Part shown: one piece after another, positions 52,363 through 62,455 of the stretch | How positions within the stretch are numbered: position 1 is the stretch's first letter | Layout of the letters: the number at the start of each line of letters is the position of its first letter | Assembly: GCA_965223425.1 (NCBI GenBank) | Contig: OZ245003.1 | Location: forward strand, 256,001-320,000 | Reading direction: 5' to 3' | DNA length: 64,000 nucleotides | DNA from: Nitrosopumilus sp. | GTDB lineage: Archaea; Thermoproteota; Nitrososphaeria; Nitrososphaerales; Nitrosopumilaceae | Made by a program: the position numbers and the translations under genes | Notes under the pieces: model-generated | What the model was told of the DNA's origin: nothing | The model's database searches: none | What the model saw: the letters and a program-made list of their open reading frames with translations, nothing else

Positions 52363-53101
52363 TGTATAGTCCAAAAAGTAGTTCACCCCTTCTCCGAGTA
52401 TGTAAAGTCGATAAAGAACAGGCGCATCGACCTTACTGTCACAGGAAACAAGGGTGTGTGGGTCTGGAAGAAAAGGCTAGGAAGATACACAAGCCTGGAA
52501 CACCCCAACAACATGAAACTAAAGAAATCACAGGTACATGGATAGTACGAGAAAAGAGAAAGGGCCGTCTTGCCAACACCCAGATAGCCCAATCCGTGAA
52601 AGTGTCAGTACGATGGATCCAAAAGCTGTGGGCCAGGCACAGAAACCACACGATACAGGACATATCGCATCCTGCACTGATGGGAAGGCCCAAAAACGGC
52701 ATGCCAGGACGCAGGGAGCATTCTGCAGTCCTTGCCGTACGGTGTCAGGAGCATCTGGGTGCTGCAAACATACAAGATGCAGTCAGGGATCAGATCGGAA
52801 TAAATATCCCACACAACACCATTCACCGTATATTGAGGGACGAAGACATGGCATCAGAGGAGTCAAGGAAGGGCAAAAAGCGAAGATGGGTTCGCTGCGA
52901 GCGCACGTATTCAAACTCCCTGTGGCATACTGACTACAAGCTGCTTGATGACGGCAGGTGGTTCCTGTGCTACGAGGACGACGCCTCCAGGTTCGTGACA
53001 GGGTATGGCATGTTTGATAATGCCACTACAGAAAACGCACTCAGGGTGGAATATGAAACCAAGTAGCACAGGGGGGGGGGGTGAACTATTAGAATCCCAC
53101 A
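52363..53101 (+). mobile_element. IS481-family element with internal deletion
   Basis: TGT...ACA ends with tagttcacccc cores; WHTDYK, EDDASRF; ALRV joined directly to EYETK. Confidence 0.88.
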
Positions 53102-53103
53102 CT

Positions 53104-53982
53104 GTGGGGTATAGAGATAAGGCTAAAAAATGGCTTTCAGAGCATCCATACCTATATGCAATCTACGCCCAAAACAAGTTTCGGGGATTTACCTCACATT
53201 TGAGGGGGTTGCCAGATTTTGTCATTATCGGTGCAATGAAATCTGGAACTACTTCGCTATACGATTTTGTTGTCAGACACCCTGCCATAGAACCAGCTTT
53301 GAGAAAAGAATTGCACTATTTTTCTCTATTTCATCACCGTGGCGAACTTTGGTACCGTTCTAATTTTCCAACCAATCGAACAAAGAATTCTTTTACAAAA
53401 AAAACGGGCCAGAGACTCCTTAGTGGAGAAGCCACCGTGGATTATCTTTTTTACCCAGAAGTTCCTGCCAGAATGCGGAAGATTTTGCCAGATGTGAAAC
53501 TGATCGTGATTTTACGAAATCCTATTGATCGCGCATACTCCCACTACCACCACAATATATCGAGAAAAAATAATGAACTGTTATCGTTTGAGAAAGCCAT
53601 CGAGTTGGAAGAAAAACGGTGGTTGAAAGAGAGAATGGCTAATCAAGGACTCGAAGTTTTTACCCAACACTATCATCATAACTCGTATCTTGCCAGAGGC
53701 ATTTACGCTGATCAGCTGGAAAATTGGTTTAATCATTACCCTCGTGAACAGTTTTTGATCTTGACCACGCAAGATTTTCGTAAAAACCCTCACCGTACAC
53801 TAAATCAGATTTTTGAGTTTCTGGAGGTTTCTCCCTTTCATGTAGACAACCTGAAGGATCTCAATGTCAAAGATTACGAGGAGATGAACACGGATACGCG
53901 TTACCATCTTATTGAATACTTCAGGCCACACAATGAGAGATTGTTCAAACTCCTGCAGCGTGATTTTGATTGGAATAAGTAA
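53104..53982 (+). CDS. PAPS-dependent sulfotransferase (heparan 3-O-sulfotransferase-like), copy 1
   Basis: LPDFVIIGAMKSGTTSLY, KELHYF, LRNPIDRAYSHY; start placed at the GTG after the IS end. Confidence 0.9.
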   Translation: MGYRDKAKKWLSEHPYLYAIYAQNKFRGFTSHLRGLPDFVIIGAMKSGTTSLYDFVVRHPAIEPALRKELHYFSLFHHRGELWYRSNFPTNRTKNSFTKKTGQRLLSGEATVDYLFYPEVPARMRKILPDVKLIVILRNPIDRAYSHYHHNISRKNNELLSFEKAIELEEKRWLKERMANQGLEVFTQHYHHNSYLARGIYADQLENWFNHYPREQFLILTTQDFRKNPHRTLNQIFEFLEVSPFHVDNLKDLNVKDYEEMNTDTRYHLIEYFRPHNERLFKLLQRDFDWNK

Positions 53983-54231
53983 ATCACTTAACAGATTCGC
54001 CTGTTAAGTTATCGAGGGGCAGCCTTGGGCGTTAACCGGTGGGAGGTACCGTTACTTGGTTGTCAGACAAATCTTGACTTCGCGACTGACTTGTGGCCTT
54101 CCTTGAACTCCGTCATGCTTATGCCGATCTTGTCCAAGAGGCTTTCAGCAAATTCATAGCTCATCTCGCTATGCTTGAACACCGTGAACAGCTTGACAGA
54201 ATCATTGGATACCACTATCATGTCATGCACT

Positions 54232-54325
54232 CTAGAGTGACGATTAGTGAAAAAATTACCTCACAGTAGGATTTTCTACAGCACAGCCTTTCCAGGGGCG
54301 AAAATTTCAATGAGCGTCACTCTAG
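54232..54325. mobile_element. 94-bp MITE inserted in a degraded small minus-strand ORF
   Basis: ctagagtgacgattagtgaaa vs rc ctagagtgacgctcattgaaa (18/21); CTAG at both ends. Confidence 0.75.
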
Positions 54326-54513
54326 ACCTACTGATCTTTGATACCCGTATGCTTGTGTACTGAGTACTTGAATTGTATGGATAGGATCGATCTATACGTT
54401 GTGATTGAGCCTTAGCATAAACAGGACAATTTCAGATGTACATGCCGATCATACAAGTTTCCCAGACGAATCTGAGGCGTAACCATTTTTATGTATATTG
54501 CGAGATCTAGACA

Positions 54514-55380
54514 GTGTTGTCGGAAAACTATAGGTGGAATGCATTTCTTGTAGTCCGAAACGAGCAGGATCACATACAAGACGTGATTAACTCAATAAAA
54601 GCTCAAGATCCCCTCCCGCCTTCACGTATACTTGTCATCAATGATGAATCTACAGACAACACAAAGAATATACTTGACTCTATAACGGACATTGAAGTTA
54701 CTCACTACAGCCCTCTCCCCCCCCACACACGCGATCAGATGTTTAGACGAGTTAGTAAACTGCGAGGTAATCTTTTCAAAGAAGCAATCAACGACGCAGA
54801 CTATGTAGTCTGTGTAGATGGCGACACGGTAATCCCCAATCAATACATCAGCGAAATCACAAAAAGAATGCGTCGTGATGGGATAGTTATAGCATGTGGG
54901 CAAGATCCAAACAACAAACTAACTTTGGTTGCAGAATCTCCAGTAGTAGTTGATGTCCAGTGGCTAAAAAAATTCCAATGCCCTACAAGAACAGATAGAA
55001 TGAACGGATCAATCCTTGGCATACATGCCTCCCTTACAGGATTTGGATCTGCCGTTTACACTGACATACATATAGAATACAAACGAAAGGTGGGTGCCAA
55101 CTACAATAAATTGCAGGTCAGACAACATGGGAAAGCGTTTAAACGAGATGGGTTCTCACTCTGGTACGTATTCCTCCTAGCAGTAAAGCGACGCAGGCCA
55201 CACTACATCAGTGGGTATCTGTTCTCCAAGGTTGAAGGTAGGGATCACGAGATAGCCTCATGGAACAAGAGGTACCAAATGGAGAGTGTGTTTGGGAGGC
55301 TGGGTATGAAATGCTCGCTACTAAGGAAGACCGACACTGCCATTTACGTAGAGCCGGCAAAGGCATCTGTGGAATTCTAA
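54514..55380 (+). CDS. GT2-like glycosyltransferase (stop supplied by the IS481 end)
   Basis: VRNEQ, INDESTDNT, CVDGD. Confidence 0.85.
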   Translation: MLSENYRWNAFLVVRNEQDHIQDVINSIKAQDPLPPSRILVINDESTDNTKNILDSITDIEVTHYSPLPPHTRDQMFRRVSKLRGNLFKEAINDADYVVCVDGDTVIPNQYISEITKRMRRDGIVIACGQDPNNKLTLVAESPVVVDVQWLKKFQCPTRTDRMNGSILGIHASLTGFGSAVYTDIHIEYKRKVGANYNKLQVRQHGKAFKRDGFSLWYVFLLAVKRRRPHYISGYLFSKVEGRDHEIASWNKRYQMESVFGRLGMKCSLLRKTDTAIYVEPAKASVEF

Positions 55381-56573
55381 AAGTAGTTCACCCCCTGCTA
55401 CTTGGTTTCATATTACTCCCCTGTCTGCTTGATGCCAGATCTTCGTCCCTCAATATACGGTGAACCTGCTACTTGGTTTCATATTCCTCCCCTGTCTGCT
55501 CATCTACGACTATCTCCCCCTTTGGCGGCATCTTGCGCACAAAGGCCTGTGCAGGTGTTTCCCTCTGCTTTCTGTTCAGTGACATGTGGGGCCTGCGGTT
55601 GTTGTACCAGTCCATGAGCAGGTCCACCGGATCGCTTTTGCGCATCATAATTGCCACAAACTCCGGAAGCTTCCGCTGTATTTCGCCGTGCAGGCGCTCC
55701 AGCTTTCCATTGGTTTGCGGGTGTCCTACTCCTGCAAGAATCTGTTTTATTCCAAGCTCGACTAGCCTTTTTTCAAACCTGCTTGCGCCCCCCTTGCCTT
55801 GACCTCCTTTTCGTTTGCATAAAACTGCGAGCCGTGATCCGTCATGACTGCCGCAGGCTTGCCGTGGTTCCTTATGGCCTGATCCAGCACCCTGAGTGCG
55901 TTTTCTGTCGTGGCATTATCAAACATGCCATACCCTGTCACGAACCTGGAGGCGTCGTCCTCGTAGCACAGGAACCACCTGCCGTCATCAAGCAGCTTGT
56001 AGTCAGTATGCCACAGGGAGTTTGAGTAGGTGCGCTCGTAGCGAACCCATCTTCGCTTTTTGCCCTTCCTTGACTCCTCTGATGCCATGTCTTCGTCCCT
56101 CAATATACGGTGAATGGTGTTGTGGGGGATATTTATTCCGGTCTGATCCCTGACTGCATCCTGTATGTTTGCAGCACCCAGGTGCTCCTGACACCGTACG
56201 GCAAGGACTGCAGAATGCTCCCTGCGTCCTGGCATGCTGTTTTTGGGCCTTCCCATGTGTGCAGGATGCGATATGTCCTGTATCGTGTGGTTTCTGTGCC
56301 TGGCCCACAGCTTCTGGACCCACCGTACTGACACTTTCATGGATTGGGCTATCTGGGTGTTGGCAAGCTGGCCCTTTCTCTTTTCTTGCACTATCCATGT
56401 ACCTGTGATTTCTTTAGTTTCATGTTGTTGGGGTGTTCCAAACTTGTGTATCTTCCTAGCCTTTTCTTCCAGACCCACACACCCTTGTTTCCTGTGACAG
56501 TAAGGTCGATGCGCCTGTTCTTTATCGACCTTACATACTCGGAGAAGGGGTGAACTACTTTTTGTATAAGACA
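55368..56573 (-). mobile_element. IS481-family element, frameshifted
   Basis: TGT...ACA ends; WHTDYK, MTDHGSQF, QTNGKLER, WYNNRRPHMSL. Confidence 0.9.
55394..55500. repeat. 36-bp direct duplication (1 mismatch) around a 35-bp filler
   Basis: 55394-55429 and 55465-55500; the filler matches 56080-56114 at 33/35. Confidence 0.93.
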
Positions 56574-56827
56574 ATGTGACCCGTTGGGCCCGAGAGTTGG
56601 AGTGACATTACCCCGCATGAGGATGAGTACAATACTAACAACCGCAAGCGGACGGCTAAATACCGCGCAGACGGTGAATAGAAGTTATGTGTAGTTGAGG
56701 TCAAAAAGATCCGCTCATTTTCCAAGAGCGGCGCACCGGTGACAAACGTGTGGCGCATCGGCTTCCTGTACCGTTGCGTGTGAGGTGAAATTTTCACTGA
56801 TCGTCAGTATAGACATAGCACACACGT

Positions 56828-58196
56828 CAGTAGTTCCCAGATGTAGATTTGTGCCCAGATGTAGGTTTATGCCCAGATGCCGGTGCGTTACCGCATAACT
56901 GCAATGCAAAGATCCAGATTAGGCTACGGCGTGCAATATGTCATGAAAGTCGAATTACATGACGAACTGATCGCACGCCAGTACAATATAACATCAAACC
57001 GGTTTAAAATCCTGCGCTCGTCGTTTCAAAAGCTTGGCATGCCAATGTCTGAGAGGCACAACGCCGTATACGGATGCAATGACATACTGGACGTGCTAAT
57101 CAAGGCGTCTGAGAGAAACACGTTTGTAGAATCCCTCGTACGGCACAACAGGCTTCAAGACACGGGTGCACGTACGCCTGATGCAGACCTGGTCATGTCT
57201 GCAGTCCGTGGCGTCAAACCGGCAGACGTGCAGGCCTGGTGTGCAAGGACGCTGGCACGCACGGTGCGGCACGCCCGCCATACAGGAATGCTGCAGGACA
57301 TCGACGCCATTGCAATAGACGTTACGGACATACCATACCATGGGGAGCAGCTGCAGGAGCATACAAGAAAGTCGCGTCCAAGGGCAGGAACATCCACGTT
57401 TCTCTCGTATGTCGCAGTGCACGGAGTCGGCAGGGACTCCTCGCAGATTGTCCTGGAATCGAAGCTACTACCGGCAAAGGAAAAACTGGCCGATTTTATA
57501 GCCAAAACACGCACGAAAATCCTCAGAGGGGGCGCACACTCAAAGACTGTGTTCCTGTACGACCGCGCCTTTTACAACGTTGACTGCATGACAGAGGCAG
57601 GAAAGGGCGGGTGCCGCTACATTATGCCTGTCATCATGAACTCCAAGATCAAGAGGATAGTCAAGATGTACAAGGACGGAAAGGCAAGCCAGGTATCGCA
57701 GCAGTCAATGACCAACAAAGACGGCGTAACTGTGACCTACAACCTTGTAATTGTCAAAAGAGACAGGAAGAAGAAGAAAAAGGGGGAGGGGGAAGAGGAG
57801 GGGGAGGAGCAATACATTGCGTTTGCAACAAACATTCCCATCAGGAGCGCCAGAGCCATGACAGGCATCATACCGGAGCAGTACCGCAAGAGATGGGGCA
57901 TCGAGACGGGGTTTCGCGTCATAAAGGAGATCATGGGCAGGACATGCAGCAACTCCCTGTCTGTGAGGCTGCTGATGTTTTACCTGCCGCTGCTGCTGTA
58001 CAACCTGTGGAGGATTGCCAGGTTCTGCCTTGATGCGGGAAAGAGGCACGGAAGAGCGTCTTCTGCGGGAAAAAAACTCACCATGGCGTTGTTTATCGTG
58101 TACATTACAAGCAGAAACGAGTTGTTTGTCAATGATCGAGGCAAGTAGAACCGATGCCAGTTGCGGTTGCGGTAAATCTACATCTGGGAACTACTG
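56828..58196 (+). mobile_element. Intact ISH3-family element (transposase to 58148)
   Basis: Perfect 23-bp TIR cagtagttcccagatgtagattt; TSD acgt; AIDVTD, YDRAFY, YRKRWGIETGFR. Confidence 0.95.
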
Positions 58197-58358
58197 ACGT
58201 AGACAAAATAGTGGAGATCTGCCGGATCATAACGACTGGGCAGTGGAATTACCGGCCAACCTCGGGATTCCAAAACTGAACCTAAATCATCTAGACGCTC
58301 ACAGCGAGACTAAGGACGCATCATGCTGCCCAAAAATGATAATGTTTTAGGATGCCAT

Positions 58359-59564
58359 TCACCCTACATGCCTGCCAAGGAAGTCAATTACTGATTCAAC
58401 GTGATACTCATGCGCCCCGTCGTGTGGGTAATAGTAAAAATTGTCGGATGCTTCGTGCATATCGTAGACGCTTTTCAGAAAGTCTCCCGTGTGGTTCGTG
58501 TTGGCCTCCCACCCGTAAATTCCCGCTTCGGCCCTTCCAAACGAAAGGTAAAGCGGCATTGGAGCCAAGGCCGCTATCTCGTCGGTGGTATCACAGCAGA
58601 GTAGTAGTCCCAACCCCGCAGAGGATATTGGACCGTTGGCCACACTTCCAAGGCGGCTTGCCAGTACGACCGCATCTACCACATCATGGTTTATTATGGC
58701 TTGTCGTGTGGCAATGCCGGCCCCCAAGGACAGTCCAACCACTGCAATCTCTGTGGCGCCCTCATCGTATACAATGTGTGCCAAGACTTGGGTCACCTCG
58801 TCTGTCTGGATGGTGTGTAGCTCGATTCCATATGCCTCAAGGTTATTGGCAAGTTTTTGTGCAGAGCATCTTGTCAGCATGTTCAGACTGGATTCATTGT
58901 CACATGCGCTCCCAACGTCAAGTTTGCGTTCCCCGTAGCCGTGGAGCTCTATGGTATACACATCATACCCTTCCATGACAAGGCGTTTTGCGATCTCATC
59001 CTGGTAATGGTATGCGGACAGTGCAGTCGGTTCCCCCAAAACGTCGCGTGCGCCCTGGTGGCCGCTTCCAGGTATCACAAGTATGGTGCCTTTTTTGTTT
59101 GCCTCACCTGCGGTCAAGACTGCAGCATCCATGGGGGGGGGGGTGGTCAGTTTGTAGAATATAATATCGTTCGGATAGGATGTTTGCATGGCAAACTTGC
59201 TGATGGTGTATCCGTCGCGCAGGTCACTCGATAACATGGTGTAGTTGTGGGGAACCTGATGTATTGTAGGCCGTGCTCTATACTCCTCTAAAACCGGGCC
59301 TTCCTTCCAGACATAAAAGTCATCGACTGTCGTCACGTGCTTGGAGTATGTGTATGGAAGTATGTCTATGCCGTCATAGTAATATTCCGGAAGAAACACC
59401 ACGTGATCAAGCATGGCAGGTTCCACAGTCGCATCCATGACTCGTCTCAGGATATACGAAGGATCTTTGTCAAACGCATAATATACAATGGAGACAGAAA
59501 ACAGTAGAATGCCCACCACCACAGCCAAAACACAAAAACCGACTTTGTATGTACTGCCATTCAT
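58359..59564 (-). CDS. Membrane-anchored alpha/beta hydrolase (esterase-like)
   Basis: N-terminal TM; IPGSG, GYGER, nucleophile GLSLG, C-terminal GAHEY. Confidence 0.8.
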   Translation of the reverse strand: MNGSTYKVGFCVLAVVVGILLFSVSIVYYAFDKDPSYILRRVMDATVEPAMLDHVVFLPEYYYDGIDILPYTYSKHVTTVDDFYVWKEGPVLEEYRARPTIHQVPHNYTMLSSDLRDGYTISKFAMQTSYPNDIIFYKLTTPPPMDAAVLTAGEANKKGTILVIPGSGHQGARDVLGEPTALSAYHYQDEIAKRLVMEGYDVYTIELHGYGERKLDVGSACDNESSLNMLTRCSAQKLANNLEAYGIELHTIQTDEVTQVLAHIVYDEGATEIAVVGLSLGAGIATRQAIINHDVVDAVVLASRLGSVANGPISSAGLGLLLCCDTTDEIAALAPMPLYLSFGRAEAGIYGWEANTNHTGDFLKSVYDMHEASDNFYYYPHDGAHEYHVESVIDFLGRHVG

Positions 59565-59861
59565 TTTTGTCTCTGTGGCATGGATAAGTGATTGTCAATA
59601 TACGTTACGCGGGGCTTGTTGTATGGATTCAGATCGCCTTCATTTCTAGGTGTGGTTTTGTAGGATGCTGCGCTTTTTCGTGCCTGCGTTGACACCCAAC
59701 CTGAGTCTGTACTGATCAAATACGCACAAGTTTTATTGATTTCACGCACCAGGGTTCTGCACCGGTTGAAGGAATACTGGACTGGAAGGCAATTGGCAAG
59801 CTCGGCGTCAGATACGGGTAGATAGTTTCGACAGTCCGGCTGAGTGTGGCGCACGTTCGTT

Positions 59862-60773
59862 TCATTCCTGTTCGCTTGTATCTTGACCTTTCCATACTCC
59901 ATAATCGTCGCGGTATTCCCTTGACTTGATCTTTTCTGGCATGATATAGTTTGCAAACTGGGTTCTCTGGGACATTCTTCTTTTTCTGAGTACCTTGTGC
60001 AACGCTATGTCGCGTTCCCATCGTTTCGTCCATTCGGTAAATTCGTTTTTCCTGCTGGTATCTTCTTTCAAATATCCACGAAGAAAGTGGAGATTTCTAA
60101 ACCTTGCCGACTGGTACAGCACGAAGACAAGGGAGTGTCCCAGCATTTTCCAATGTCTCCCCTTCAGCTCGTACCATTCCGTGTTGTGACGCGTACCAAT
60201 CTTTCTCATGTAGCAAATGCCGACGTCATAGTATACCGCAGTGCGCATTCCGGTGACCGAGGCACATACTATGACGTTCGATGCTGGAAGCTTCGCGCGG
60301 TATCTCCTTAGCCAGTTTGACTTGATTACCATGCCTGGTTCTACCAGCGTGTGCTGCGGGTCTGCTTTGTCAAACCCGTGCGCGGCCACCACGCCGTCGC
60401 GTTCCATACGCACTATTATTTCATGTACATATGATTCCTGTATGTGCGCGTCGCCATCCATGCAGAGTATGTAGTCTGCGTCATTTTCGGCACGTAGCAT
60501 CAGATGGTTTCGTTTGGCCCAAAACTCGGCGCCAAGCGACGGTTCATGTGGATCTACATGCTCCACGCAAAGCCCCCCGATGTCATCGATCACCGCCTTG
60601 GTATTGTCTGTGGATCCATCCTGCAACACGAATATCTTCCGAGGGGGATCCGGCTTTTGGTTTTTTATCGACTCGATCACCACTCGAATGTGCTTTTCTT
60701 CGTTCCTTGCCATCACAAAGGCATTCCACTTCAAATGTACGCCCCTCCCATCGACATAATTTTCCGCAGACAT
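59862..60773 (-). CDS. GT2-like glycosyltransferase, paralogue of 54514-55380
   Basis: WNAF..ARNEE, QDGSTDNT, CMDGD. Confidence 0.85.
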   Translation of the reverse strand: MSAENYVDGRGVHLKWNAFVMARNEEKHIRVVIESIKNQKPDPPRKIFVLQDGSTDNTKAVIDDIGGLCVEHVDPHEPSLGAEFWAKRNHLMLRAENDADYILCMDGDAHIQESYVHEIIVRMERDGVVAAHGFDKADPQHTLVEPGMVIKSNWLRRYRAKLPASNVIVCASVTGMRTAVYYDVGICYMRKIGTRHNTEWYELKGRHWKMLGHSLVFVLYQSARFRNLHFLRGYLKEDTSRKNEFTEWTKRWERDIALHKVLRKRRMSQRTQFANYIMPEKIKSREYRDDYGVWKGQDTSEQE

Positions 60774-61054
60774 GCTTTGTTATATAATCTTCTGGTGAAG
60801 ACCCGTACTTGGAAAAGTACCGACCTTCACGGCCTTCGAGAGCTGCACATGCGCGCATCGACCTTGAGGCCTTGGCCGTCATCACGTAAAATCAGCCACG
60901 GCGTGGATCGTTTTTGATCCTGCCCGTTAAATGTGCGGCGCGCGATTGCGTCTTGAACTTGGTAGTCTGCACGCGTGGCAGAACGGATCGTCGGTAGGGT
61001 TGCGAGGACCCTACCTTGTAGGTATACAGTACAAATAGCACTGCCTCGTTAACC

Positions 61055-62020
61055 TTGGCATTGGGATATTTTCGTGATAAGGCTAAAGAATGGCTTTATA
61101 GACATCCGCGGTTACACGCGTTCTACAGCCAAAACAAGTTCCGAATAATCACATCGTCCATGAGGGGGTTGCCAGACTTTGTTATAATCGGAGCGATGAA
61201 ATCTGGAACTACTTCGCTATACGATTTTGTTGTCAGACACCCTGCCATTACACCTGCTTCCAGAAAGGAGGTGCAGTATTTTTCCTTTTGGCATGATCTT
61301 GGCAAGCTCTGGTATCGTTCTAATTTTCCGACCGATCTGTCAAGGCGTCGCTTTTACAAAAAAACTGGTCAGAATCTCCTCAGTGGAGAAGCTAGCCCAG
61401 ACTATCTTTTTCACCCGGAGGTTCCAGGTAGGATGAAGGAGCTCCTGCCTGACGTGAAACTGATCGTTATTTTGCGCAACCCGGTTGATCGCGCATATTC
61501 ACACTACCACCACAGACTATCTAGGAAGATGTTAACGCAGTCGTTTGAGAAGATCCTCGGATTGGAGGCACATGACCAAACAGAGGAAACGGAGGATCAC
61601 GACTCCAGATTTCGCTTCCGGCATCTGCGGGACAGTTCGTACCCATCTCGGCAGGTGAGAGGAGAGGGGGGGGGGGGTAGCCTGCAAAGAGGCTCCAAAA
61701 TCCGGCATCTGCGGGACAGTTCGTACCTATCTCGGGGCATCTATGCCGATCAATTGGAACGCTGGTTCAAATACTACGACATAGAACAGTTTTTGATTTT
61801 GACCGTGGAGGACTTTCATGAAAATCCCCAGCAGACGCTAGATCAAGTTTTTGACTTCTTGGGGGTGACCCCATTTCGGGCAAAGAGCCTAAAGAATCTT
61901 AACGTCGGGAACTATAAGAAGATGAGCGAGGATGTGCGTAAGGTTCTCATCGAATATTATATGCCCTGCAACGCAAGGTTGTACAAACTATTGCAGCAAA
62001 GGTTTGATTGGGATAAGTAA
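61055..62020 (+). CDS. Sulfotransferase, copy 2 (carries a 28-aa in-frame insertion)
   Basis: Same 5'-PSB and 3'-PB motifs; RHLRDSSY occurs twice. Confidence 0.9.
   Translation: MALGYFRDKAKEWLYRHPRLHAFYSQNKFRIITSSMRGLPDFVIIGAMKSGTTSLYDFVVRHPAITPASRKEVQYFSFWHDLGKLWYRSNFPTDLSRRRFYKKTGQNLLSGEASPDYLFHPEVPGRMKELLPDVKLIVILRNPVDRAYSHYHHRLSRKMLTQSFEKILGLEAHDQTEETEDHDSRFRFRHLRDSSYPSRQVRGEGGGGSLQRGSKIRHLRDSSYLSRGIYADQLERWFKYYDIEQFLILTVEDFHENPQQTLDQVFDFLGVTPFRAKSLKNLNVGNYKKMSEDVRKVLIEYYMPCNARLYKLLQQRFDWDK
61617..61735. repeat. 35-bp direct duplication (1 mismatch) around a 49-bp filler containing G12
   Basis: 61617-61651 and 61701-61735. Confidence 0.93.
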
Positions 62021-62066
62021 TGGCGCCATGCAGGATTCGGCCCGTTGATCTTGCCCAAACATTATT

Positions 62067-62335
62067 AGAACTTGTGCGTATTTGATCAAAAAATAAGACG
62101 CGCGGCAACACGGGCTTTGCCACGTGTCAAATCCGCGTAGCATACATGCCCAAATACGGACCTGCAGACCATACGCCATGCCAAAGCACGACCAGGCCGC
62201 GCTGCTTGATAAGATCAGGGAGCTCGAGAAGACCAACCGCGAGTACAGGGAGGCCAACCGTTCCTTGGATGAGCGGGCCGGGGCGCGGCATGCCGTCCTA
62301 AACCGGAAGTTTTGGGCAAATGAGCATAATCTCTA
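62067..62335 (+). mobile_element. Internally deleted IS5 (ISL2-like) derivative
   Basis: End agaacttgtgcgtatttga resembles the TIR at 671; coiled-coil stub LLDKIRELEKTNREY; degenerate opposite end. Confidence 0.5.
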
Positions 62336-62455
62336 GTACACGCCGATCGTCTGTGCAGGCAGACTCTCAAAAGATCAACCCCGAACCACGAACGCAAGTG
62401 GTAGCCTCGGGTCTACGGGGATACAATACAAATAACACCTGCATGTCAATACGAC

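Noticed and set aside
52357-56579. Proven composite transposon
   Set aside because: The outer flanks (gattgc / atgtga) show no target duplication.
56828-56880. 18-bp periodic cccagatg repeats as an array
   Set aside because: These are subterminal repeats of the ISH3 left end.
60780-61054. Structured RNA between the divergent GT and sulfotransferase
   Set aside because: Only short isolated hairpins, with no recognisable family.
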